Below, one piece after another: positions 1 through 13,410 of a DNA stretch of 64,000 nt; within the stretch, counting starts at the first letter, position 1, and the number at the start of each line of letters is the position of its first letter. The notes under the pieces were generated by a model. That model had not been told where the DNA came from and did no database searches. It worked only from the letters and a program-made list of their open reading frames with translations. The translations under genes were made by a program, and so were the position numbers. The DNA lies in assembly GCA_964016885.1 (NCBI GenBank), contig OZ024740.1, positions 60,078,001-60,142,000 of the forward strand, read 5' to 3'. Origin of the DNA: Eledone cirrhosa (Eukaryota).

Positions 1-46
1 TTCCACCAGTATTCCTTAGTGCCATCTGTCTCAATATATTCCTCCT

Positions 47-180
47 ATGTATGTATGTATGTATGTATGTATGTATGTATGTATGTATGTATGTATGTAC
101 GTATGTACGTACATATATACGTATTTATGCATGTATGTATGTATATATGTGTTTATATACGTACGTACGCACGCCTGTAT
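47..180. repeat. (TATG)n microsatellite, degenerating
   Basis: Direct tetranucleotide run. Confidence 0.95.
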
Positions 181-684
181 ATAAATGGAGTATGATAGCG
201 GGTGAAAATGTTGTTTGATATACTTTGTTATTTCAGTCGTTGATTCCCAGTTAGATAGTTCCTATAATGTTTTCAGAATTCTAATAGGATGTACCACTTT
301 CATGTCGAATGGGGGAGCGTCAAATGACAACATCAATCACTTTCAAACACATTGACACTCCCTGGTGAAACAAGAGTAAGTCTTGATTTGGAATCCACTT
401 CTACTCACGGCCAGAAATTAATGTAGGAATATATTGATATTGACTTTTACATAAAAAAATAAACGATAATGTCCTCAGTCATTCTCTTTTAACTCCCGTA
501 ACAAATTTAAACCTCATACATTCCTATATATTGCCTAGTCGTGTTTCGTCTGGAAAAGTATATTTTATCATATCATGGCCTCAGTTCGACTAAAGAAAAA
601 CATGGTAAACTGATACTATTCAGAAACCCGTTGACTGTCTTCTGAGTGTGTGTTTGTGTATATAGATACATACAAACATGCATA

Positions 685-797
<113 letters not shown>

Positions 798-828
798 TTA
801 TAAAATTAACGAAGGTCGCTGGTATTAA

Positions 829-1039
829 CCCCTTAGCATTTACATTACTCTATATATGATATTGCATTTTCATGGTAAAGGCTTTGCCTCACATAATTAT
901 CTCGCATAATATCGAATCTATGAGATTTTGATATTATTTATTTTGATAACAATACCTTAACATGAGTATGAGCACCCGGTTACGACCAGTTTGAACAGAA
1001 AGAGTTGAGAGAATTGTGGCCGGTTTAAATGGTAAAGGG
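829..1039. mobile_element. piggyBac-like MITE
   Basis: TTAA at 825-828 and 1040-1043; TIR CCCCTTAGCATTTA / TAAATGGTAAAGGG. Confidence 0.7.
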
Positions 1040-1084
1040 TTAAGTCAACGAACTCCAGCCAGCGTCAAGCTCACTCAATGAATC

Positions 1085-2925
1085 TAAGATGTTCTAGTCT
1101 ACCATGAATACTAAAGAGCGGGATGTTCCTAGAAAGGCCTATACATGCCAGAAAAATAACTGAGCGTCCAGCCACTGTCGGGATATAAACGGCTCCTAGT
1201 CTGAAGGCATGGCCCTTTCTACTGGTCACGTCCAGCACCACCAGTTTACCTTCTACTTACAGAAATATGGTTCGTATTGTGAGGCCCAGACGTTTCCGTA
1301 ACACCACAGCGTCTTCGCCTCCCGATCTAGGACTACTTGGAGATGTGTGCATCTTGTGGCCGCTAAAGATAGGTGTTGTTATTGCATTTGGAGCCTCCGC
1401 TGCTATTGTTGTTGCAATAACTGTAGATGGAGGTCGTGGCAATGTAGTGCTTACCCACTATTGGGAATCTAATCGCTGCATTTATAGCGTTGGCAACAGT
1501 GAGGGCTTCCTTTCCTTCAAGACTAGCTGTAGACAGAAGACCCTTAAGTGGATCACAACGCCACATGCGACACATTGGCCTTCCACCCGCTGCTGTCACA
1601 AACAGAAGGGTGCAACCCAGGAGGTTGATCAGGTAAGATGGTCGATCAGGTCTGGAACGTGGATTGGCAGTATCGGTAGAGCGTCAGACACCATACTTTG
1701 CAGCATAGAGTTATGGCGCTTTACGTTCTTAGTTCAAATCCAGCCGGGGTTAACTTTGCCTTTCATCTTTACTGGGTCGATAACATAAAGCACCAGTAAT
1801 GCACTGGGGTAATTGCTGGCCTTGTGCCAAAAGTTGAAACGTCTTCTATATATTGTTGGTTGGTTTTAGAATACTTCGGCTATTGTTATCTGCTCATCCA
1901 TATCGGCTACGACAGCCACAGTGAACCATGTGTGTGTGTGTGTGTGGGGGGGGGGGGGTTATATCAGGTTGTATCTAGCAGCTCATGGGTGCACCTCATC
2001 TTTCGCAGATGCTAGCCATGTTAAGTGGAGACCAAACTTAAACTCCTCATAGATTTTGCCTCTGATCTGTCGCAAATCTCACCTCTACTCTACTATATTT
2101 TTTCTCGGATAATGTAGATGTCGTGTTCTTGTACACATCCTTCATACTTTTGAATCGAGTCTCTCGTACCCTTCCCACTCGAGGTGATTTTGCACCAACG
2201 CAGTGTTAAGTAATCGTGCATTATTGCACACGTTTTATCACGTCGGACGAGCTATTGAGGCATACTCATCGCCCATTTTTCTGTAAACATGTCTAGTATC
2301 CACCAAATATTCCTCATTTAGAATAGATTTATGCAACACTTGAGTAGCACTTACAAAACAATCACCTTTTGCTGTTGGCAGGCTATAAACCCTGTTGCTG
2401 CTGTCTTTTTACCGTTTTCAGTATGTATCGAATTCACAGTTGTGGTGGGGGATGAAATAGAAGTAGTATTAGTGGTAGCAACAGTGGTTCTTATCTCTGC
2501 TGCTAACAAAAGTGTCGTATGTAACAGGTGGTGTTGTTGGGGGTGGTATTGCTCTTATTGCTTCAGTCATTTTTGTTGTTGCCTTACGGATTGTGGGGAG
2601 GGGTTGTGTTGGTGCTTTGCCCTGAATTCAGTAGCAGTGGGAAGTAGGTGTTATATTTATCAGTGAAGATGGTACTTTCGTCATTCTTCTTAATATACAT
2701 ATCCGCGTTGTTAATAATTCCTCTTGTTGAGGCGGTGGTGGTTTTCCGTGCGTTAACAGACTGTTTGCTACTTGAGTAATTATTGTTGTTGTTGTTGCTG
2801 CTGCTAGATGCTGCGGTGGCAGCAGAAAAATGTTCGTTGCTGAAGAAAATAGTGAAACTATTTTGTGTTGCTGGATTTTTTAAAACAAAATCCCATAGTG
2901 TTTTGTTTTTTTTATTTCTGCCTAG
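1085..2925 (-). mobile_element. Degenerate Tx1/L1-like LINE (ORF1 remnant with zinc knuckle plus start of APE endonuclease)
   Basis: Minus strand reads SGGEDAVVLRKRLGLTIRTIFL..EGKLVVLDVTSRKGHAFRLGAVYIPT (APE-like) at ~1085-1360; CxxCGxxxHLxxxC-like knuckle at ~1525-1590; interrupted by a SINE. Confidence 0.6.
1660..1843 (+). mobile_element. tRNA-derived SINE, family A
   Basis: TGGCAGTATCGGTAGAG A-box-like head, GTTCAAATC B-box, core GCCTTTCATCC..GGGTCGATAA..AAG(T/C)ACCAG, tail GGCCTTGTGCCAAAAG. Confidence 0.85.
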
Positions 2926-3056
2926 AAGAGTTCAAGATAAAAGCTGTCCCCTTCTAAGTGCAAAGTAGGACAGCTCACAAACAAGAATGTAGTAAAATAA
3001 TCAATGATATGTTTATTGTAAACAAAGTAAACAAGAAACTCATGGGGGCGAAAGGA

Positions 3057-3863
3057 TAAACGTAATATAATAATAATTGTTTCTATTTTTGGCACAAGGC
3101 CAGAAAAACTCCCAGTGCAATACTGGTACTTCATTTTATCGACCCCGTTAACCTCGGCAGGATTTGAACCCAGAACGTAAAGGGCCATAACTCTATGTTG
3201 CAAAGCATGGTGTCTGACGCTCTACCGATACTGCCAATCCACCGCCCTTATAAACGTAATATAATATAATTGTTTCTACTTTTGGCACAAGGCCAGCAAT
3301 TACCCAGTACATTACTGGTACTTTATTTTATCGACCCCGTAAGGATGAAAGGCAAAGTGAACCTCGGCGGGATTTGAATTCAGACCGTAAAGGGACGTAA
3401 CTATGCTGGAAAGCATGGCGTCCAACTCTCTACCGATACTGCCAAAATGAATTCTAGTATAGGCACAAAGCCATTAATTTTTTTTCTTGGGGGGGGTTAG
3501 AATAAATCGACCCCTGTACATGACTGGTACTTTATTTTATCGACCCCGTAAGGATGAAAGGCAAAGCTAAACTCGGCAGGATTTGAACTCAGAACGTAAA
3601 GGGATGTAACTATGCCGCGAAGCATGATGACCGACGCTCTATCGATTTTGCCAATCCACCGTCTTTATAAACGTAATATAATAATAATTGTTTCTACTTT
3701 TGGCACAAGGCCAGCAAGTACCCAGTGCATTACTGGTACTTTATTTTATCGACCCCGTAAGGATGAAAGGCAAAGTTAACCTCGGCGGGATTTGAACTCA
3801 GACCGTAAAGGGACGTAACTATGCTGGAAAGCATGGCGTCAAACCCTCTACCGATACTGCCAA
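3057..3863 (-). mobile_element. Tandem array of four SINE A copies
   Basis: Four head-to-tail reverse copies; linker TAAACGTAATATAATA at ~3057, 3251, 3668. Confidence 0.9.
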
Positions 3864-3959
3864 ATGCGATGAAAAAGGTAATAGCCATCAATGCTTTAGC
3901 AAACCCAGTAATAAGCTACAGTTTTAACTGGCCACTAAAAAAACTAAAGGACTAGAGAG

Positions 3960-4510
3960 AAAGACAAAGAAAAATGACTACATTTAGAATATACCACACA
4001 AGTAAAATCAAAAAAATAACAGATACATAATGATTATACCTACCACGAACACAAGGAGGAAAGGACCGCACGCAACTAGAAAACTATTATAAAATAACTA
4101 CTGTAAGGCTGCAAAACAAATTAGTAAAGAATAATGCAAAGTCACAAAAAGTCATGAAACATGAACAAAACAAAAACATATTTTCTGTCTTCAAGGAAGC
4201 CAACAAATTCAAAACAGAAGCTAGATTGACATATAGTTGTGAGGTAAATGAAAATAAAGGAAATAATAGAAATTAGGAAAAACATAAAATCTAAATTGGA
4301 AACAGATCTCCAGAATGCCAATACCCTAAAAAAGCTGAATAGGGAGAAAGTGTACAAGTAAAACTTACAAAACTGATTAAGAAGCGCCGGACAAAAAGTC
4401 GACACGAAAAGATTTCTAATTGCAGCACAAGATCAAAGACTTTCCAGAAGAAAGTACCAGAAATACATAATGAAGTAGAATACAGTAAGCAACTGCAAAA
4501 TATGTAGTGG
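3960..4510 (+). mobile_element. R4/Dong-like (RLE-type) non-LTR fragment
   Basis: FLIAAQDQRLSRRKYQKYIMK*..CKIC at ~4412-4505. Confidence 0.6.
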
Positions 4511-4524
4511 GAAAGAAGAAACGA

Positions 4525-5569
4525 TTAAACTCATTGTCGCTGATCTTCAAGAAATCGTGGGAGTATTGCCAAGACGTATATTCTTGTTTTGTAGACCTCG
4601 AAAAGGCATATGACTACCTTCATCGGGACCTGCTGGGGAAGATTCTGCATGAGTATGGGTTCGATAGTCAGCTTCTTGTTGCCCTGATGTCTCTATACGA
4701 ATGCCTGAGTATCTGTATTTGGATAAATGCTGCTAAATCGAAACTATTGAATGTCGGAGTTGGACTCTGCCGAGGTTGCGTACTATCACCTCTTCTGTTC
4801 ATTATTTTCATGAAGAGGATTGACATGTGCAGCCGGGTTGAAAGTGATATAAACACTGATGATGTAAAATCAGTCGGCTGGAGCTTGTAGACGACATAGT
4901 GTTACTTAACTCAACGGAAGGTGACCTCCAACTTTCACATGATATGTTTGATGCCGAGTGCTGCATGGCTGGAATGAAAATCAGTGTTGCGAAAACGGAG
5001 ATACTTCTCCTCTCAAGGAAGCCTGAACAGTACACTCTACATTTGAATGGACTTTCAGTGAAGCAGGTGGCGATGTTCAAGTATCTCGGGGTCGTGTTCA
5101 CGAGTGATGGAAGGTAGGAGGCTGAATTAAGTGCAAGAATTGCCTGAGCGGGTGCAGTAATTCGGTAGACAGAAGAAGGGAGATAGGTGTGATAGCCAAA
5201 CTCGCTGTCATCAATTCAGTATTCCTGCCAACCCTTACTTATGGTCATGAATCTTGTGTAATGACCGAAAGAATACGATCGCGAATACAAGCGGCCGAAA
5301 TGGGATTCCTCCGAAGGGTCTTTGGAGTAAAGTTATTCGATAAACTGCGTAGTCGCTACTTCTTCGAATTGAGGGATCATAGCTATAATATCATGAGCAT
5401 GTGGTTAGAATGTCTCAACATCCCGAGCAAGATGGGTGGATAATATCCATGAGTTTGGCGGGTTTCGCGTGGGGACCCAGCCGGATCAGTTGGTTACCTA
5501 TGGAGTGTTTGAGGACAGTTCCCCTCACAACCCTCTCAAGAAGAAGAAGAAGAAGAAGAAGAAGAAGAA
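4525..5569 (+). mobile_element. 5'-truncated RTE-clade LINE, degenerate RT
   Basis: CFVDLEKAYD, GLCRGCVLSPLLF, FKYLGVVF, PTLTYGHES, IQAAEMGFLRR; (AAG)n 3' tail at 5538-5569. Confidence 0.85.
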
Positions 5570-5700
5570 GGGAATAGTTTATAAAACACGAAGAAACAGA
5601 TACATGACCAAAACGCTAAAACTTACAAATATATACAGCTTACAGAAACTATCAGGACTGGGCACTGCACACATATATTCTCAATACAGTAGAAATAACA
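5570..5700 (+). mobile_element. 3' end of R4/Dong-like ORF
   Basis: NIYSLQKLSGLGTAHI resembles the C-terminal QKxxLLGTAHILR motif. Confidence 0.55.
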
Positions 5701-6029
5701 AGACGAAAAACAACCTTGTACACATCCAAGGCAAACAGGGCTATGTTCGGTAATGCAGTGATATACGCAATAAAGGTAATACAAATAATAATAATAATAG
5801 TAATAATATATGTCCACGTTTCATCTCTATCACTGCACATTTCTTAACACTGAATTTCGTTTCAATGCTGCAGCTAACATTCGTATGGTTTTCTCTCAAG
5901 AATCCAGTTAATTCATGTCTTTACTATACAATTCAAAATCCTTTGTGGAAAGTAGGCGATTCATTTTTCCCGTATTCTTCCCCAGTGAATATACTTCCTT
6001 AGTTTTATTTAGAATAATCCACAAAGAAG

Positions 6030-6215
6030 ACAGTGTAAGAGAGGAGAGAAAAGAATCTTAAGTGCTGGAATAAATCTATCTGATGGTGAGAATATAAAAT
6101 TCTTAGATGTAGACGAACCAGATAAGTATGTTAAAATATTGTTAGGGAAGAAATTTACAGAACAGAAATGAAAGAAATCCTCAGTAAAGAATATTTTTGC
6201 CTGAAATACAAACGT
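6030..6215 (+). mobile_element. R4/Dong-like RT fragment
   Basis: GINLSDGENIKFLDVDEPDKY..TEMKEILSKEY. Confidence 0.45.
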
Positions 6216-6734
6216 AATATCTACAGGAATCACCGAGTGGAAAAATACTGATTAAAGTATGATATGAAGCTGTTCACAATGCAGAAAAGCAGGCGAATAT
6301 TTCCCTATAACGTTTTTGCTTTGAACGAATGTGGTCTTCAAAAGTTGTAAATTACTCGTTTTCGGTGAGTCCCTTATCCGAGAACTCAAAACTCCTAAAA
6401 ACCTGTCTCGGAAATAGGTGTAATTCACTAAAGCATGCACCCACGAACGAATGTGGACTGTTTATACTGGGTGGGTGAGGAGGGGTAAGCAAAGGGAAGA
6501 AAGGAATTAATTAATGTTAACGAGATTGCAGAATTAGAGAAAACATGTCTAGGATTCGATATGAAAGAAAAATAAGAAATTCTTCTTAAGGAAGTAATAA
6601 AAGAATGGTTACCTACAGAGGGAATTTGGTGGGGGTGGGGTGGGGTGGATCAGATCGTAAAGAGCCGCCATATTTAAATGTGGCCATGGCATTTCATTTG
6701 ATGGTCTAATGAATCTGTCAATCTATCAATAATA

Positions 6735-7045
6735 AAAAATAATGGCTACAAATTTAGGCAATTTCGGGGAAAATTGATATCAACTCCAGTACTTGACTGG
6801 TACTTTATCGAGTCTAAAAGGATAAAAGCAACGTTAACATCTGTGCTATTTGAAATCAGAACGTAAGGAACCACCGTATTTAAATTCCGCAATGGCGTTT
6901 GTGTCCGACGCAGTAACGAATCTGTCGATCCAGCAATAATATTATGATGGTTAACTTTGCCTTTCATCCTTACGGGGTCGATAAAATAAAGTACCAGTAA
7001 TGTACTGGGATAATCGCTGGCCTTGTACCAAAAGTAGAAACAATA
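6735..7045. mobile_element. Diverged SINE A (minus) adjoining 3' half of SINE A (plus)
   Basis: Core motifs on both strands. Confidence 0.7.
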
Positions 7046-7101
7046 GTATTATGATGGTAATAGAATGGCTTAAGTGGGATGACTCGTGAAAAAGTAAAGT
7101 A

Positions 7102-7810
7102 CAGGGTGTACCAAAAAATTTGACATCATTTCGCAGGCCAATAATTTTGGCAATTCTTGTTGAAATAACCTCAAATTTTCACAGAATGTATAGAAACAGA
7201 TCAAGATTTTATATTTAATGTTTTATATTTTTCTCTTTTCAGGTTGGGAAATGCTGTTCACTTCCAAAGAAAAGTCATTTTGCGTCTTGGAATATGCCTT
7301 CAATGCAAAATTTGGAAAAAAGTCACCAACTGACAAAAAAATGTGGAGCTGGTACCAAAACTTTAAAGAGGAAGGCTGTTTATGCAGGGCTAAAGGATCT
7401 GGAAGACCATCATCAACATCAGAAGAGAAGGTCGAACAAGTTTGTAAAAAACTCTTGCGAAACCCCAAGAAGTCCGTAAGGAGAACAGGTTTGGAAACCC
7501 AGATTCCTCGAATGATGGTTTGGCGTATCCTGAGGATACTGTTTGCCAGTTGGTGACATTTTTCCAAATTTTGCATTGAAGGCATGCTGCACAGTCTTGG
7601 GTGACTGTGTTCGAGCATATTCCAAGACGCAAAATGACTTTTCTTTGGAAGTGAACGGCATTTCTCAACCTGAAAAGAGAAAAATATAAAACATTAAATA
7701 TAAAATCTTGATCTGTTTCTATACATTCTGTGAAAATTTGAGGTTATTTCAACAAGAATTACCAAAATTATTGGCCTGCGAAATGATGTCAAATTTTTTG
7801 GGACACTCTG
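7102..7810. mobile_element. Fold-back Tc1/mariner derivative made of two inverted left ends
   Basis: TA|CAGGGTGT start, GGACACTCTG end; ~230-260 bp inverted arms; transposase N-terminus FTSKEKSFCVLEY..WYQNFKEEGCLC..GSGRPS..RNPKKSVRR..VWRILR (DUF4817/HTH-like). Confidence 0.9.
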
Positions 7811-7859
7811 AATATATTTATGAAATATGTATTCTTTTACTGGTTTGTCATGAGACTGC

Positions 7860-8200
7860 AGGCTGCGAATTGGCAGAGTCATTAGAACGTCGGTTTTGCG
7901 ATATTCCTTCCGATTCTCAAATCCTACCGAGGTCAACTTTGCCTTTCATCCTTTCAAGGTCGATAAAAAAAGTACCAGTCTAGTACTGGGGTCGATTCTT
8001 CATCTATATCTCTTTCTCATTTTCTTCTCTCTCACTTTCTATCTTTCTCGGGAAGAAATCTGCTGTACTCAGGCTTGGAGAGAGATTGGTCTCCCCCAGG
8101 CTTACAATGCCCAAGAAATGCTGTATGCCAATACAGCGCCCCTACGACTGTATTTGGAGTTACGGGACAATATATATATGAGACTGTGGCCATGCTAGGG
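7860..8200 (+). mobile_element. SINE A long-tail variant
   Basis: SINE head/core followed by TTCTTC..GGAAGAAATCTGCTG tail shared with copies at 11425, 27520, 50050. Confidence 0.65.
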
Positions 8201-8780
8201 CACCCCTTTTAAAGGGATTTAGTTGATCATATCGACGCCAGTATATAATTTTTAAAGTTTGGTTCTTATTTTTGTCCAACAGTTACAGGACATAAACACT
8301 GACACAAACGTAAAACACGCACACATACATACATACATAGATACATGGTGGCTGCCAACTCGTTTTCGAGTACGGCCACTATTTTATATCCATGTAGGAG
8401 AACCCCTACCGAAGCGCTGAACGAGTGTGACTTTTTAGTCCACCCAGCGACTTGAAAACTCTGGTACAAACACTACACTTGCGACAATTATTGACACATA
8501 GTGCTGGGCCCATGGTACCATGTGACGACAAGTGCAGAGAGATCTCCAGATATAAAGCAATGCCTGTGCCGTGAAGCTTTTATAGTGAGCAAAGGCACTT
8601 CACAAAGCCAGTCCCACTCTCTTAACCAAGATGATATTTACCCAAAAGAAGAACAAGTCAACATCATTGGATACCATCAGGGTTGCAGGTGTTATATCAG
8701 AGTTTTCCTTCTCCTAGAATTCTGCCTTGACAAAGGCTAAGGGTCATCTCTCCCGGTGATTTTGGATGGCCATTGACTCT

Positions 8781-8970
<190 letters not shown>

Positions 8971-9384
8971 AAGGATCGATCGACGTTCGTCAAATCGGAC
9001 CGAGGAAACAATGTTTTCGTCGGTCTTTCCAGTTGCCAGTACTATCTATCGATCGCAACTCCTGGTAGAAGGAGCACCGTGAAATAAAGTGTCTTGCTCA
9101 AAGACATAACTCATCGCCCGGTCCAGGAATCGAAGTTCATATATGTATGTATATCCTAAATATCTTACTTGTGCACAGTAAAAACTACAAAACGAAACAA
9201 CCCAAAAAACAACCTAATAACAAGAAAGTAAAAACATTGATTGTTGTAATTAAGGGATAAGCTATTGGTGGGTTGCATCTGCAAACTAATTGTCTAGCTA
9301 CTTAGCAGCTTTGCTCGAACAGACATGTGATCAAATGTATTCGAGGCACGACCATCTCTTTGCTTTCAGACACAGTGTATTCAG

Positions 9385-9520
9385 AACTCACCATAGGCGC
9401 TGAGCTGGGCAGCCACATGTTTGAGCCTCGCGAGCTGGAATGGCTTTTCCAGCGCGTCTCCCTTGCTGGCCTCCGGTGAAACGCCTTCTCCATTCTGTCC
9501 ATTGGGGCTGTAGGGAGGCC
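9385..9520 (+). mobile_element. CRE-like non-LTR 3' fragment
   Basis: TIGAELGSHMFEPRELEWLFQRVSLAGLR*NAFSILS, homologous to 19576-19945. Confidence 0.7.
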
Positions 9521-9944
9521 ACCAATATGGAGGCCACTGAAATGTTTCCAAATGTCGCAATGCTAAAAATTCTATATCTTTTATTGTTTCGTTCGTCATT
9601 AGTATTGATCATATGAATGGATATTGGTCAATTATTGTCTTAAGGTGGGACACCTCGGGGGAAAAAAAATTATTATATCATGCATCTTTTTTTCACTTTT
9701 ATGGTAGAATCTACTTCTAAAACTGAGACAAATGATATATTTATTTTTCATCTAGTCCTAATTTTTGCTGAGATATGACCGAAAATGGTTGAAAAATAGC
9801 ATAATTTTCAGAGTTCTTTTGAGAAAATCCAAATAAGCTATGAAGATGATTTTTACATTTTTAGAATCAGAAAACCAGTCATTGTATGGTAACAGAAGCC
9901 TTTTTTTTATTTTGTAAAATTCAAATATTTTTCATATATATTTA

Positions 9945-10014
9945 GCCAGGTGTGCTGCTATTTTTTCATGTGTTCCAAGGTGTGCCATGAGCAAAAAAAG
10001 GTTGAGAACCACTG
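9945..10014. mobile_element. hAT-Charlie-like terminus (partial)
   Basis: AAAAAAGGTTGAGAACCACTG followed by CTCTAA. Confidence 0.55.
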
Positions 10015-10790
10015 CTCTAAGGAGTACCATCAAAAAGTAGATATATTATATCTACTTTTGTGCACTTGATACTGTATTGACGCTGGGAGGATAAAATGCA
10101 AAATTGATCTTGGCATGATTTGAACTTAGAATATAAAGTGATGTAAATAAAGACTTCAATACACTTTTAACGCTCTGAAGAGTCTGTTATTCCATTGTTT
10201 TTGTGTGAGTGGGAGTGGGGTGGGGGGGGGGGGGGGGGGTTTAGATGCAGATCAACTCTGATTGAGCAGACATATGGTCAAGGGCATTCTGTCTTGAACT
10301 TCACGTCTTTTAAAAGGGTGATTATCTAGGACTCCATTATCTGCGTCTTTTTTAATTTTTAATACGGTGAGTTGAAATTTTAGAGATATTTGGTTGCTAT
10401 TACTAGCATTTCAAACGACCACACAGAGGCTGCTTCGTTGACTCACTCTTTTTACTATTAAGTAATAAAGTAATAAATATTAAAATCCCCACCGGCGCAA
10501 TGAATTCGAGGTTTTCGCTGACCTTTAGAACAGAATCAATAAATTAATATCTGACACGAACTGTGCTTTCAAACAAGAGATATAATGTGAATATACAAAT
10601 ATTTAATATATAGCAAGTTTCTATCTTGAGACTTATACAAGGTTTCCTTTATTTTTATATATTTATTAATTCATATATTAGTAGGAGGCTATTTCATAAT
10701 TATACAAAGTAGTCGGATTTTGGGGAACATTAGATTCATATAAAACATTAGATTAATATATTTGGGAATATTAGATTAATATAAAACAAA

Positions 10791-11366
10791 ACACACACCA
10801 CCATCATGTACAACGCCAGATTCCACACACTATCGTCAAGTACAACGTCAGATTCCACACACTACCGTCATAACCAACGTCAAATTCCACACACCACCGT
10901 CATTTAAACGTCAGATTCTACACACCGCCGTCATTTACAACGTCAGATTCTACACACCGCCGTTATTTTCAACGTCAGATTCCACACACCACCGCCATGT
11001 ACAACGTCAGATTCCACATACCACCGTCATAACCAACGTCAAATTCCACACACCACCGTCATTTAAACGTTAGATTCTACTCACCAACGTCATTTACAAC
11101 GTCAGATTCCACATACCACCGTCATAACCAACGTCAAATTCCACACACCACCATCATTTAAACGTCATATTCTACTCACCATCGTCATTTACAACGTCAG
11201 ATTCCACATACCACCGTCATTTAAACGTCAAATTCCACACACCACCGTCATTTAAACGTCAGATTCTACACACCGCCGTCATTTACAACATCAGATTGCA
11301 CACACCACCGTCATTTACAACGTCAGATTGCACACACCACCGTCATTTACAACGTCAAATTCCACA
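10791..11366. repeat. Minisatellite, 31-32 bp unit, about 18 copies
   Basis: Unit ~CCGTCATTTACAACGTCAGATTCCACACACCA. Confidence 0.95.
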
Positions 11367-11424
11367 TTACATCAGATAAAATTCGACACAGTACCGCCAT
11401 ATACAGCATAATATCTCAAACCAG

Positions 11425-11750
11425 AGGCGGCGAATTGGTAGAGTCATTCGAACGTCAGTTAGAATGCTTTGCGGTATACGTTCCAGCTCTCTGAGTTCAA
11501 ATCTCACCGAGGTCAACATTGCCTTTCATCCTTCCAGAATCGATAAATAAAGTAGCAGCTCGATACTTGAATCAATTCTTCCTCTATATCACTTTCTCTT
11601 TTCATCACTACCAGCCTCACCCCTTATTTGGAAGAAATTAGCTGTGTGTAGACCTGAATGGGAGATGGGCTCCGCCAGGTTTGAAAAGATGTCCAAGAAA
11701 CGCCATATGACACTACGGCACCCCCCACGACTCCATCGAGAGTTACAGAC
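11425..11750 (+). mobile_element. SINE A long-tail variant
   Basis: GGCGGCGAATTGG head, GAGTTCAAATC, core, extended tail. Confidence 0.65.
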
Positions 11751-12317
11751 CCATACATACAAACATTTCTCACACCACTGTCATTTTCAATATAAAATTC
11801 CATACACCGACATCAAAATCATCACCAGATTCTACACAACTCTAACCATAGCCAGCGAGGAGCCGACTAAATATTTATGATAGACTAACTGCTCAGAAAT
11901 ATATTAGGAAATAATAAATTAAACACAAGTGAAAGTAGGCGTCACATCTAACATAATATTTCGTCGTCATAATTGTAAAATTCTGTCGTGGAAGACTTGT
12001 CTGTTTTACAATATTAATTGTTGTGTAGCCACCAGTCAAATCTGATTGATCAGGCAAATGAACAATGCATTCTATCATGTATATTTCATCTTTTTAGAGG
12101 TATCAATGACTACCATTATCTAATGTGCATTTCTTTATTTAAAATTGTCGAGTTGTGTTTCGAGATTTGGCTGCTCTTTCTAGCAGGTCTCATGACCACG
12201 TAGATGCTTCCTTGGCTTATCTTTAAATTAATACTTACTATAAACCCTCGTAATACACATATTGGAAAAAAAATATTTGAAAATTATCACATGATAATTA
12301 TTATATTGCTTTCATTA

Positions 12318-12525
12318 GGGTGGTGGATTAGCAGTATCAGTAGAGCGCCGGACACCAAGCTTCGTGACATAGAGTTACGGCCATTTACGTTCTGAGTTCA
12401 AATCCCGCCGAGATTGGTTTTGCCTTTCATCCTAAATAAAGTACCAGTCATGCGCTGGGGTCGATTGAATCTACTTCTCCTCCCCCAAAATTGTTGGCCT
12501 TGTGCCTAAATCAGAAACCATTATA
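12318..12525 (+). mobile_element. SINE A
   Basis: Head, B-box, core and tail present. Confidence 0.8.
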
Positions 12526-12639
12526 TTGCTTTGATGAATAATGATTAGCCTGAGTTCATAGCTGGCCTAATGATTAGTTTGTTAGATTCCAAGCTGAATG
12601 CACGATAATTCGTAATCCACTAGTAGTGTTGTCTGTGAT

Positions 12640-13410
12640 CACAGCATGGCCTAATGGTTAAAGAGTTCATTTCGCAATCAATAATTAGATTCCGGATTCG
12701 ATTCCACTGTGGCATGTTGGATAAGTATCATTTACATTAACCTTGCCTTGTCAGTGAAACTGGGTAGACAGAAACTGTTTGAAAGAGCGTAGGATGGACT
12801 GTATCTGTAATATAAATGGCCTGCCTTGTCACGTAGATTGTCAAGAGAATAATGTTAAGGGCTCACGTGTCTGTGGAATGCTCAGCCACGTTTACGTCAA
12901 TGAGTAGGTTGTTCTGATGATCAAATAATTGGAACACTCATTGTCGATCCCAACGGAGGCCATTCCATTAGTTTTACATATACCCATGACAAAAATACTT
13001 ATCTCTTACACGCAAGCCAATGAGGAATCCTCTCTGGAATTGTTGAGTCGGCTTGTAATAGAAACCAAATTTCCTGCAAATGCAGCTTTGCTGTCTTTAA
13101 AAAGAGCAACACAATTTGTTGGACCTCCGTCGATTCTGACGGTGAGTGTACCTGTTGTTGGAACAACGGATCAGCCTGTTAGTGGTTGAGCATTCCAAAG
13201 ACACGTGCACTCTTAATCTAATTCTCAATGAGATGAAGCATTACATAGAGTATGACAAGACTTTGAATTGCAGGTACGGCTCACTTTTACTTGCTGAGTG
13301 GACTGTAGCAATGTCAAATTCAGTGTCTTACACAAGGACAGTGTGCTGCCAGAAATCGAGCCCACAACCTTGTGATAGCGAGCCAAACACCCTAACCAGT
13401 AAGTCACACA
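12640..13410. mobile_element. Two diverged CORE-type SINE B copies (plus ~12640-12960; minus ~13120-13410)
   Basis: Shared CACGTGTCTGTGGAATGCTCAGCCAC block. Confidence 0.65.

Noticed and set aside
2331-2925. Thr/Asn-rich host exon
   Set aside because: Stops and frameshifts in all frames; better explained as decayed LINE ORF1
10791-11366. CRISPR-like array
   Set aside because: Units are contiguous with no unique spacers; eukaryotic context with no cas genes
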